Source: Tilletiaria anomala UBC 951
Taxonomy: Eukaryota
Length of the DNA stretch: 64,000 bases
Direction: 5' to 3'
Assembly (NCBI RefSeq): GCF_000711695.1
Contig: NW_013547020.1
Span: forward strand, 124,001 to 188,000
Under the pieces are notes generated by a model. That model did no database searches. It saw only the letters and a program-made list of their open reading frames with translations, and had not been told where the DNA came from. Below are positions 51,561-63,211 of the stretch, one piece after another. The translations under genes and the position numbers were made by a program. Numbering within the stretch: the first letter of the stretch is position 1; each line of letters starts with the position of its first letter.

Positions 51561-54500
51561 TCACACTGCGAGCGAAGCGGCAGACATGTCGCTGTCGCGA
51601 TTTTGTAGATGAGGCTGGAACCTTGCAAACCAGCTGGACCATGCGTCAAAGTCGAGATGCTGGGGTAAGCCATCCAGCAGGAGAGGATCTACGCCCGAGC
51701 CCTGTAAGTTCGGGGCTAGGTCCGCTGAGCTTTCGAGCACGAAGTTCGCCGCTGGATTCCAGCTGACACCGTTCAAGTCCGGATTGACGTTGGCAAAGAG
51801 CTGGGCTTGCACATCGCCCACATCGACGGGGAAGCCATGCATCCCTGCTGGCTCTTGATGTTGGGGGTGATGAACTTGCGGTTGCTGCTGCTGTAGTGGC
51901 TGGGGTGGCAGTTGCTGCTGCTGCTGCTGCGGAGTTTGCGGCATACCGGGTGGAAGGTTAACCAGGCCTGTTGCCATGGGGAACATGGTGACCAGCTTTG
52001 CGCCTGGAGCGCTACTCGGGTCGTCAGCAGGCAGCGGAGCACTGTCGGGATTGCCAGAGACCATGCGCCAGTTGCCCGATGTGGGTGACCACGTGAATAC
52101 GGGCATGCGGTTGGCCGTCTCGGTATCCTTGAGAATGACGGTGCCGCGCGGCAGATCGTGCACGACGAGGTCGCTCGTCTCAGCGACGTACACCCCTCCA
52201 CCTGGGCGAGATGGGTCCGGCTTGAACTTGAGACCTCGCACGGCCTCGGTCGTCTTGTGGTTGCTGACGCCCGCCGTCGGATTCAGCGCGCCAGTGTAGC
52301 GCTCATTGGGGAAGGCGCCAATGGCAGCATCGTACAGGAGTGCGATCACAGCGCCGCTCTTGGCGCGTACCGAGTCGCCCAGACCCTCGTCGGTCCTGGC
52401 GGCGGCTTTGAAGTAGTCTCGCAGCTTCTTGAGCTTCTCTAGCGCGACCTGGTCGCCGCGACGGATCGAAGCATGGTACATGAGCGTCGCGCAGCTGACG
52501 AGACTATATGAAAGGAGGCCGAGGGTGTCAAAGTAGAAATCGTGGTCGTTGACCCAGTCGATCGCCTCCTTGGCCCAGGTGAGAAGCTGCGTCATGCGCT
52601 CGATCGTCATACTGAACTTGAGATGCGTTGGGCAGACGTAAGATATGCGCAGGAAGACGCGGAAGAAGAGAACCTGCAAGCACGCATGTGCGATGTGCAG
52701 GATACCTGCAAGTGCGAGCAAGGGTCAGAGAGAGTTCAAAGCATGAGCATTAGCATCTTCAGGAGATTTGGCGCACGCAGCACGCACCTGCCTCCGGCGG
52801 CGATCGTTGGCCTTTGAACTGAAGGCGCTCTGGCAGGGCCTCGCGCCAGGCGTCAATGTCGCCAAGCAAGCTGGTGATCTCCTCGTCGGTCGCCTTCATG
52901 AGTCCCGTCGGGCTGTAGATGGTCTTCATGACGCGGCCGAAGAGAATGCTCAGCTTGAGCATCTCCGTGTTGAACACGAACGGCTGCTGCTCGCCGGGTC
53001 GCGACGGCGGGTCGGACGGGTAGCGCAGCACCTCGTACGGCGACGGGAGGCGGACGTCACAGTCCGTCAGGTCGATGGCGAGCGGTCTGCCAGAGTAGAT
53101 CGCCGCCCAGCGATCGGCGGTGACACAGCTGCCCCAGACCCTGCGCTTCTGTTCGAGGAAAAACGCTTCGCCGTCGACGTCGTCGCGGCCGCTGGCATCG
53201 CGGTGCAGGCCGAGGTCCTGAGCCATGCGCACAGCGCAGCCGAGGCGGTTCCACGAGCGCGCGCCGCACTGGACGGCCGTCGAGCCGTGGACGTCCTGGT
53301 GGAGGCTCATGACGAGCAGAGCGCGGATCGCGACAGAGCTCGAGTTGCTCAGCACGTCGCTGTCGCGGAGGAGGATGGCGAGCGTGCTGCGCACAGCGGT
53401 GAGTACCTCGCGCGGAACGTCGCGCGCGAGCGCCGCGACACTGCACACGGCGTACAGCAGCAGCGGTGGCGGCGGAGAGAGGTGGAGGAACTCGGACTTG
53501 GTGATGATGGGGAACATCGGCGCGATCCTCTCAAAGTACGAGTTGACCAGCTTCTCCGCGACGTCGCCGGCGAGGCGCGAGCGCACCACCTCCGGTAGCT
53601 CTGTCGGCAGCTCCTCGTCGCTCGAGACGGAGCCGCGCGTGCGCGGGACCTTGTGGAACTTGATAATGCCGTCACCGCTGGCGCCGACCTCGAAGGTCTG
53701 GTGGTGCTTGATGTCGTGGTCCTCCAGCGCGGCGCTCGGCACGAACGCGGTCGAGTGCACGAGGTAGGCAATCGATGTCGGGCCCAGCACGCTCGAGTCG
53801 GGCGGCTGGGGCGGCGCGCCTGACGCAGGGCTATGCCCGCCATTCGCCGCCACGCCACAAACGCGCGCGGCCGACTCGGATGCGGAGCGCTGCAGGGCCA
53901 CGACGACCGCTGGGCCCGTCGCAGCACGAGACGGCTCCGCGGCACGCTCGGGCGAGCTGTTGCTGCCCGTGTTGCCAGCCGCCGCCGCTGCCAGGTGGGC
54001 ATCGCCCGCTAGCACGGGCGCCGAGCGTGGTCCCGAAGAGGGCCAGGCAGTGAAACCGGCGGCTTGGGGCACGGTACCTGGCGGTGCAGACCACTCCTGG
54101 CTCATGCTTGGCCGCAAAGGGGGTAGGATGCGCCCGGAGAGGTCATGCGGCGCGCCGAGGCCGCGCGCACCGGGCACGTGCGTCAGCGGCGCTCGGCCCG
54201 TCGCGGCAGCAGCTGCAGCTGCTGCCGCGACGGTGAACAGCTCCATCTCGCGATCGCGCTTTTTCTTGAAGCGCGTTTCGGAGATAGGCAAGTAGAAAGT
54301 ACATCCTGGACAGCGTCCATCCAGGGTGGGAAGGCCATCAGCTTTGCACGCGCACGCCGACGACGCCCATTTCCCTCCGTGTCTGCAAGCAGATTGACTC
54401 ACGCAGCTGGTACGTCTTGCAATGCAAGCATAACCCGTCCTTCAGCACCTGGCACTTGATCTTCTTGGTCCTGCACGAGTCGCATGCGCGCGGTGTCTTG

Positions 54501-55666
54501 GGCTTCTTGCTGGTCGGTGCATCCGCACCGTCGCCAGCGCGATTTTTGGTACTGGTGCTGGTGCTGTTGTTGCCACCGGCGGGCGAGCTGCTGCCGCGCT
54601 CGCTGGGCGAAGACTCGTGTCCGCTCGCCTTGGCGTGTGTCTCCGCGTGCAAGCTGCGGGCGGCTGCCGAGGCCGGCGGCCGCGGCGACCGAGGGCGCTT
54701 GAGGCCGCGCGACGAGGAGCTGGTGACTCCGTTGCTGCAGCTGCTGCTGCCGGATGTGGCGTCGGGGCCGTTCGTGTACATGGCTTGTGCTTTCATCTGC
54801 TGCTGCTGCACAGCCTGGCTGCGCCTGCCGTGATGCGCAAAGCCGTACGAAGGCGAAATGCTGCCCGCGGCACCGTCTCCCGAGTCCAGTAACGATGATG
54901 CTGGTGCGACGCCGCTGTGCTGGTATGCGTCCGGATACGACGCGATGAGCGTCGACATTGGTTGCGCGCTGCTGCTGCTGCCTTTGCCTTTGAGCGACGA
55001 CGACGACAATGACGTCGTCGTCGTGCCAGTGCGATAGCTGGCGCCGGGGGAGGATGCGCTAGTGTTGTTGAGCGGGCCGGTCGACGCACCGTTGCGCTCG
55101 CGCGAATGCACAGAGGCGCTCCAGAGCGAGGTGCGCCCGGCGGAGGATGGCGATGCTGCTGCTACCGCTGCTGTGGCTACCGCTGCTGCCGGAGCGCTAG
55201 ACGCAGCCGACAGTTCACCCACCGTGCTGCGCTCGGACGACGCAAGCTTGTATAATGCGGGACTGCGCGTCGCACTGGACGACGTGAAGAGCTGCCTAGC
55301 GCCGTTGGTGGTGTTCGCGTACGGACTGGGAAGCGGCGGAAAGGGAAAGGAGGGGGCATTGGAAACGCTGCCTGACCCGTTCCGTGGGAGTGAAGGTGGG
55401 TAGCGGGACGTCGTCGCAGGATCAACGAGGTCCGAGAGGCGAGGCGAGGGCCGCGAGGAGGGTTGCTGTTGTGGCGACGGAGCCGACGCTGATGCAGCCA
55501 ATGCTCGCTCTGGCTCGGCCGTGCTGGTGGTGCTGCCGCCTTGGTGGATGGAGGAGAATCTTGTAAGCGGTGGACCTAGCACGCTGCGCTGCGTCGCTGC
55601 TGCTGCTACTGCTGCTGCTGGCAAGCGACCCGATGCAGCATCGTTCGCATCGGGGGTGTTGGCCAT
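51561..55666 (-). CDS. Zn(II)2Cys6 transcription factor with a fungal-specific middle homology region. Exons 55666-54403, 54305-52788, 52705-51561
   Basis: ACDSCRTKKIKC..LCLHCKTYQL|RCTF, AVRMAQDLGLHR...EQKRRVWGSC...DRW and a Q-rich, acidic C-terminus (DFDAWSSWF). Confidence 0.92.
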
Positions 55667-56112
55667 GGTTCGCGGCGGGGAGTGTGCTGGCTGAGCCTGC
55701 TGGTAATGAGGACGGGGTTAGATGCGAGAGTGGAGGCCTTGGCGGGGTGGACCCTTTGCGTTGCGTTGCAGCAGCTGCAGCTGCAACAGCGAGGCAGGCA
55801 AGGTAAACTGGCCGATCGCTCTCTCGCTCTCCAGTCCGCCCCACTTGCTCACGGCCCGTGAACCGTCGCCGGCGTTCTCCCTCGTTCTCCAGCGCGCTAG
55901 ACACCGAGAGACTAGAGAGAAATGCCAGAGAGCGAAGAGCAAGGGCCCAGGCGAGTCTCGTTCGCGCGTTCCTGTATGTACATTTGCGCCGCCGAGCGAG
56001 TCGAGCAGCAGACTCTCTGAGAGCGAGAGACGAAGAAGGAGGAGGAGCAGCGCCAGGGTTGAAGCTAAATGGGAGGGGGCTGCGCGACAAGCAGACCGAT
56101 AAGGGAGAGCGA

Positions 56113-56142
56113 CGAAGATGCCGAAAATGCCGAAGATGCCGA
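56113..56142. repeat. Three tandem copies of a 9-bp unit (CGAARATGC) upstream of the Zn2Cys6 TF
   Basis: CGAAGATGC CGAAAATGC CGAAGATGC CGA read directly. Confidence 0.8.
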
Positions 56143-57369
56143 GCTTCCCAAAGCGACAAGTTTGCATGCCGTACATACACGCCTTTGAATCACATCATCG
56201 CAGCATCGCCTGCCTTCCTGCACGGATGGGTTGGCGCAAGGCGTGCGGCTGCCGTCTCGACACACGCCAGAGCACAACGCCGCAGGAACGAACAAGACCA
56301 CCCGTGCGAATTGACATGTATCTCTTTCACAGACACGCGCGGCCCGCCCACGCAGCCGCAGTGCGCACCAGCCCTCTCTGCCTGCCTCGCTTTAGACGCT
56401 GGAGACCCTTCTCTCCACCAGTACCCAATCCCGCCAATTCGTTCGCAAACCTTCAACCATAGAGGGAAAGTACCAGAGAGCAAGCCAGCCTTGCAGCAGA
56501 GGACACTCATTTCCGACGACTGGCTGTCGCTCTCCAGGTTGGCTGGTGATCATCATTGGTAGTCCTGCTTACTGTCCTCTAGTCGTTGGTTCATCCAAGT
56601 ACTGGCCAGACCAGCACGGAGAAAACCCCCTCCCTCCCCTCGTCGCCCTTTCAAACGCAGCAACACTCGGCATGGCAAGGACGATGGCCAGCCAGTGGTC
56701 AGCGCAAGGACGACAAAGGTGTGCATCTTGGGTCGCCAAAATCCTCTCATCGCCTCACCGGCGCTCGTCCTTGTGCCGCAAAAGCGTCGACGCTAACGCT
56801 ACCTTGACAGTTGACCGTCTCGTGTGCCACCTGGAAAGTTGAAACAGCCGCTTATGTGTATGCCCCCCTCTCTCCCATATGTACGCTCCTATATGCACCA
56901 CCACCACAAGGGACAGCCAGACAGCTCGATGATGCTCATATATGTACGAGTATACCTACATGCACGCACGGCCCTCGATCCCCAGCGGCGGCAGCGGCCC
57001 ATGTCCATGGGGGACGCACCGAGCCGGGAACAGCTGGCAGACGTGTCGCCGACGGGGGGGAGGGGCCATGTAACCATCCTTGCGTGTCCAGCCAGTGTAA
57101 AGCGAGCGGTTCTCCGCATGTAGTGCCTACTACGGTACCCAGGGCCCCGCATACACATCCACACAGGGCGCTGTTTGGCACGGCGTGTCATGCATACATC
57201 AGAGGCCTCTCTGAAGCGCAGTCGATCATTTCAGCGATGCATGTTCCATCCAGAGAAAATACACGTGTGCCAAGCAAGTCAAAATGAATACTCTCCCCTG
57301 GCAGCGCAGCAGCCCGAGCCTGAGCTGGACCCGCAGCACCCCGCACACTGCGTGCAGCGATCGCGTACG

Positions 57370-59143
57370 TCAGGCCTGTAGATGGGGAAGAGGCAGTGTG
57401 GCACAGCGCATCAAGCCGGTCGCCCTGCTGTACCCCCTACCCATCGGCGCGCTCGCGGCCCTCCCCTTGTTCAGCACGCGCGCAATGCCGTCGAGTCCGC
57501 GGTCGAGCTCCTCCAGCGGGGGGCCAAAGCTGAGGCGGACGAACGGCTCGCACGGCGAGTCGATGATGTTGCGCCGGTGGCTCGGGTTCAGGTCGAAGAA
57601 CAGGCCTGGCGTGACGATCACCTTCTCCTTGAGCAGCTCCTCGAAGAACACCATCCCGCTGTTCAGCGGGTGCGGCAGCTTACCGACGTTGAGCCAGATG
57701 TAGAAGGTCGCCTGAGGCTTGACCAGCACCGGCAGGCCCATCTCCTCCAGGCGCTTCAGCACGTGGTCCCGCTTCATGCGGAAGTGCTTCTGCAGCGCGA
57801 TCCGGTCCTGCAGGCACCGCTCCGGGTCCAGCATCGGGATCGCTGCCAGCTGCAGCGGGTGGTTCGCCCCGCCGTCCAGGAAGCTTCCCGCTTCGGCCAG
57901 TGCGCGCACCAGATCTGTCGGCCCCACCACCCAGCAACAGCGCCAGCCCGGGCAGCGCCAGTTCTTGGTCAGGCCGTCACTGCACGCACGGGCGTCATGT
58001 TAGCCGCGTGCACCCAAAAGGTATGTTCAAAGCATTCGAGAACGACGGGACTGTGATGCTTGAATCGAACGGCACACTCACATCAGAATAATAGGATCAT
58101 TTTCGCAATCCTCAACAAACTCGGCAGCGGACACGGCCTTTCCGAGTGGCCCCTCGTGAGCGTACCACGAGTAGAATTCGTCTGCATGTGGTGATGAAGC
58201 AAAAAGCGGTGCGTGTACATGTCAGCGTCGAGCTCCTCCCTGCGATAGTGCTTGCACAAGCAACCGTCTGACGCACCGAGGATCATCGAGACCCTCATCG
58301 ACTTGGCGATCTGCACCAACTGTTGCAGCTCCTCGTCCTGGATGCTCTGCCCGGTCGGGTTGCGCGGGTTGGAGAGGACAACGGCGGAGAGGCCGCGGTT
58401 GCGGATCTCCTTGCGCAAGTCGTCGATTGACAGCTTGTAGTGGTCCTCCTCGCTCAGCTGAGTCGGGATCGGAACGAGAGACTTGAATACGCCGAGCAGG
58501 TTCTCGTACGCTGTGTAATCCGGCAGCTGGTAGCCACACATGACCTGACCGATGATGCTCGCCACACGACTGAGTCCCGCACGGCCGCCGGGGACAATGC
58601 AGACGTTTTCCGCCGTGTACTGGCTCTTCTTTCCCTGCCTGTATGTTTGGTTGTAGTACCTTGCGACCGCTTCGCGTAGCGCTGGCACGCCCGTCGTCGG
58701 CGCATACTCGTGCACCCCCTCACCCATTGCGGCCAGGTCGATCGTCAGCGGTTTGGCGGACGCACCGGGGATCTGCCCGACCTCCGGTGCGCCTTGGCCA
58801 AAGTTGGACCAGTCCTTGGCGCAGTAATGGAAGCCGTTTGCCATCGCACGGTCCATCACGTAGCTGCAAGGAGACGACGGTGGTAAGGAGAGCAAGAATC
58901 GTCAGTATGTGGAGCGCTTGGGCCCAGCTCCGGCCGAGTAGCTCACATGACACCGGTACTGCCAGGGTGCTCGATTCCTGGCACAATGTGAGGCTCTGTC
59001 TTCTTGCTTTTGTCGCCATGGCCGGGAAAGGCACGGAAAATCTGGTGGGCCTCCGACTCTGCTTCATGAGTAAAGGTGCGCGTCATTGGGGTCGGGGACT
59101 GCAGGCCGATTTTCTCGGCGAGGTTCTGGAGATGATCCATCAT
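57370..59143 (-). CDS. PLP-dependent class I/II aminotransferase. Exons 59143-58947, 58863-58277, 58181-58082, 57979-57370
   Basis: NFGQGAPE, EYAPTTG..ALREAVA, SNPRNPTG, LDEFYSWY, PLP-lysine motif DGLTKNWRCPGWR and FVRLSFG. Confidence 0.9.
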
Positions 59144-61430
59144 GGCCTGCTTCTACGAAGCTGCGCTTGCTGATGTGGATCGCAACCTAAAGAGTGAAGT
59201 TTGCTGAATAGCTGTGTGGGAGATTACTCGGCGCTTGAAGATGGACTGCCAGAGTCACTGTAAGATTCGGGGGAGGGGAGCTGGGGTACATGCAGACACA
59301 AAGTACAAGGCAAGCGAAAATGAATGTCAGGCTCTTCAATAGCATTTATACATCGGCGGTTCCAGCATGACGGCGTCCATCAGCACTGGGCCCAGCTCGC
59401 CCTGCAGCCAGAGTCACGAACCCGCATGCACTCCCCGAGTCCAGAGCGACGCTTTGTTTGGCCAAGACTATTGACCCGCTTGAAGCGCTGTGTTACGAAC
59501 GACGGGGAGGGTGTAGACCTTGAGAAAAGCGGTGACGAAGAGGATGAGACACTTTGGTATATGACGTAGTGACACAGCACCTGCCGCGGGTCTACTTTTC
59601 TGGCCTCTGTGGCCTCGTTGCCTGAGGAGGTGTGCGCGGTAGACGTTGCCTGGGGAATGACTACTGTCAAGGATCTCGCGGGCCTCACAGCACGAGATGT
59701 AGAGTTGGCGTTCTGATGAGCTCGCTGGGAGGCTCCAAAAGGAGATCGAGGGAAAAGACCGTTACAACTTGCAAAACATGTGGATTGCAACGTGGGAAGC
59801 CGCGGACGGTTGGGGGGCGTTGGAGCGCTGTTTGTTTCGTGCCGACATTGAACTAATATTTGCTGTGGCCACGTGCGCGATGTCCACTTTTGACGGGACA
59901 GTCGCTCGCTTGAAGATTGAACCTCGGACTCCGGCCTCGGTCAGAGTGAGTTGCCGTCATCAGCCGTTCCGCGTCGCGTCGTGCCGCCGGCTCCTCAGCA
60001 CAACCTGGAGGCTGCTGGTCGGGCCCTGATCGGTGGAGGCACTGCAAGGCACTCCCTGATACAGCACCCGAATGCATGATGACGAAAGCAATCTGACTAG
60101 GAAGGAGGATGGTTGGAACATGGATACCCTTCGCAATTCACATCGCGGCAGCTCTAGTGGTGCATGCAACTACCCACCAAATCCCGGTTCTCGCTGGCAA
60201 GCTCCCTTCCGGGGCGCGGCAACTCAGCGCAGATCCCGCTGTGATTGCGCGCCTGAAGGTACTGCATGAAGCAAATCGTAGGGCTCGGCAACGTTCATTT
60301 TCGGCTTGTGTAACCTCCGTATGACTATCAGCCCCTCGTACACAGCGCGTCTGATTGCGAATCAGATACAGTACTGGGGAAGTCGCCGTGCGGTCTATGT
60401 AGGGTACTCTTGTAGTCTGACAGTGTCTCTGCCGCTCTGAGCGTCTATGAAAATGCGAGGCAACGTCGGGAAAAGCTACAAAGGAGAGATCAGGAGCAAA
60501 ATGAAAGGCAGATAGCGACCGTTACTTCACTTAGCTTTACCCATGGGGACCGTCCCGGACAGGCGACCAGTACCACACGAATGGAAGGCGTGGTGAGGCT
60601 GGGTCCGGCAGCAAGATCGCTCCGATATGTCCTCACTCACGCGGTTCACAAGCCTGGTGGAGTCATTGTAGTCTCATTAGCATCGACAGAAAGACGATTT
60701 TGGCCTCTTGGCCCCAACCCCCCGCAGTCCCGCGAAGCGGTGATGGAGGCGCCGCCTGATCCAACCGAGGGAATGGAAATGCTGACTGCACTGCATATCT
60801 CGCTCCAGTGAGTGCCCTTCCCTAAGTGCTCCACTGCGCGCCTCGACAAAGTGCCTCTCATCAGGCGCCAGTCAGTCAGTCTGAACACTGTGCAGTCCAC
60901 GTTCCGTAGGCCCTGCCCCCAAGAGTCAGCACCTGCAAATCCTTCGCAAAAGGTGCACCCAAAGCCGTAGTGGGGCAAGTGCAAATGGGACAGTACATCT
61001 GGTCTCGACCATCCTGGCGCCGGCACGTACAACACGTCGGCACCGCGCCACGCGCATTACCGCCGTGATTCAACATCGCCCCACAGCCCTAGAGTGAACT
61101 TGAAATATCATTTGGCGCTGTCGGACCCCATGCGAGGTTCAAGCTGGGTTTCAGATTGGTTGATGAGTCAAGTTAACAGCGACCTTCACTTTTGAGCATT
61201 CGAGTGGCCTTCGGGTGCAAAGCGGGAGCAAGCAGCGACTGGCCAATAACTCTGGGGCGAAACGCACCATCTCGCAGAGTATTTAATGGCTGCCTGCGCT
61301 GAAAGCAGCCGCCTGCGGGAGCAGAGGTCTCATCACCCATTGTTCAGCGTGTGATGGACACCTGCAGGGCTGTCTGTGACCACGAGCGTAGCGCGCTCGC
61401 CATCTACATAATTGATTGTTTCATACTCCT

Positions 61431-62896
61431 CTAAGCATTAGGCAGAAGCCATCGTGCCTTGTACCGTACAATTGGCTGGTCGATCTGCTTTTGGCTCTGC
61501 ACAATCTTTAGCTCGCGCCGTCGAAATATCTCCACCTTTTTCTGCACCTCCCAAGCCTTTTCCCTCGCCTCCTCTGTGCCTTCGTCTAGGGTAGTAGGAC
61601 CATCGGCTGTCGCGGCCCTGCTCGCCTCCCATTCCTGGCGCGTAGGCATCGGCGGCACCTTTGCGATCGCCTCGGACGTCTTCGCCAGCACCGCTTGTAC
61701 GCTTGCAATGGCAAGCTCAGCGGCACGCGATAGCGGTGTAGGAGCCGAGTGTACCTCATCCAGCATCGCGGATGGTGTCCGCAGGAATGCAGGCGGGGTA
61801 GCAGCGTCGGACGATGTCGCCGACGGCGCCGGCTGCGGCGCCGGCGAGGCAGGTTGTGATGAAAATGCAGATGAAGCAGCCGACTGCGCTTCAGCAGGTC
61901 GCATATAGCGGCCAACAATCATGGCTGCAAAGAGGTCACCGACGCCAGAAAAGTACCCTTCTACTTCGGGGAATTGAATGTACCAAGGTCGCGCTTCTGC
62001 AACGGCAGTGCACAGCGTTTGCTGTACGCTTGAGCCGACGAGGAGCATCAGTGGCGAGCCATCGGGCTGCGTGCGTGCAATACCCTGTTTATGCAGGTCT
62101 TCGTCCGGCAGCTCGACGGACGTGATGAGTACGTGCGGGACACGGTGTTGTACGTGCAACGTCTGCAGCACCGCCAGGAGCGTGTCCAAGCTGGTGATCT
62201 TTTTGTCAGTGAGGATCCTGCCAATAGGAAGGGATATTCGTCAAATCAAGTGACCTTGTAGCATCGGAAAGCAGAAGCACTTACTCTGCTTCGAATTGGT
62301 TCGGGGTGATAATGCTCGACAGCGGTAGCATGCTCTTATAGATCGGCAGCACATCAGGGTTGACGTACATACCACGGCCGATGTCCCCCATGACTGGGTC
62401 CAAAACATAGATCAGAGATGGGTTGAGCTGCCGTAGTCGCTTGACTGCCCGTTGGACGGACAAGAGGGCGTTTGGCGACGGAATGTAGCCTGGGGGATAT
62501 CCCTTCAGCTCAACGCAAGGATCAAGGCCGCAGACAACGAACAGAACAGTCTCACCTGTTAATACTCTGGCATACCGTAGTAATCCATTCTTATCTAGTC
62601 CACCAACAAGATCGTCGATGTGCTTCTCGTCGAAGCGCATTCCGCCCCATCGCCCAAAGCCGGTATGATTCGAGAACTGCACAGTGTTGATTACATCGAC
62701 CTCCCAGCCCAGCAGCTGCAGGGGAAACGTTGCGGATCGGTTACCTCCAATCCCAAAAGGCGAACATGTTCGCACAGGTATCAGCCTAGAGACCATTACA
62801 GGAGGAAGAGCACGAGCAAGACTTACCAACATAGCCGCACACAACATGACTCTGGATGCTCAAAAGCCTCGTTGCCTCGGGCTGATTCGCAGCCAT
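61431..62896 (-). CDS. BUD16: Pyridoxal kinase (PdxY/Bud16 type). Exons 62896-62827, 62744-62556, 62489-62285, 62217-61431
   Basis: RLLSIQSHVVCGYVGNRSATFPLQLLG, TVQFSNHTG, LTGYIP, LDPVMGD.G.MYV, TPNQFEAE and FSGVGDLF. Confidence 0.95.
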
Positions 62897-63211
62897 ACTT
62901 TCGCGATCGCTTCGCTGTGACAAGGCAGAAATAACTTGCAGGGAAGGGACGGTAAATGGTTACCTTCGGAGCGAGCTTGGGTTCGCGGCGCGGTCCGGTC
63001 TGCGTCAAGTGCCCTTATTCCTTCGTATTCCGGCCTTCGTAAAGCCCATGTGACATGGAGTAGAGATAGCTGGCTAGTGAGAGATGAGACGTGGAAACAA
63101 AACTGAGTCATGTGGGCCACTCGGCCGAGAGAAGGCTCGACAATCATTACGTGAAGTGCACGCTGCACCCGCCACACGTGCTAGTAATATGCTTGTTTGA
63201 TTGGGCTATTT

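Noticed and set aside
52768..53767. Long + strand ORFs antisense to the Zn2Cys6 TF, and similar ones opposite MOT1, COX24, DOA10 and the aminotransferase
   Set aside because: Shadow ORFs expected from high GC3 codon bias. They show no recognisable motifs.
55422..56562. Overlapping 150-250 aa ORFs upstream of the TF
   Set aside because: Low-complexity, purine-skewed promoter or 5' UTR sequence, non-ATG starts and no domain signal.
60581..61097. Possible spliced + strand ORF (MEGVVRLG..., donor GTGAGT at ~60808)
   Set aside because: The spliced product has no recognisable features and the branch point is weak.
61156..61170. TTGGTTGATGAGTC resembles the box C' region of yeast U3 snoRNA
   Set aside because: The upstream box A (GGATCATTTCT) matches poorly (ATATCATTTGG), box B is not in the right order, and there is no terminal CTGA box D.
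61160..61190. Hammerhead-like TGATGA-GTC...GAC
   Set aside because: The core needs CTGATGA and GAAA after stem II. Here the sequence is TTGATGA followed by CTTC.
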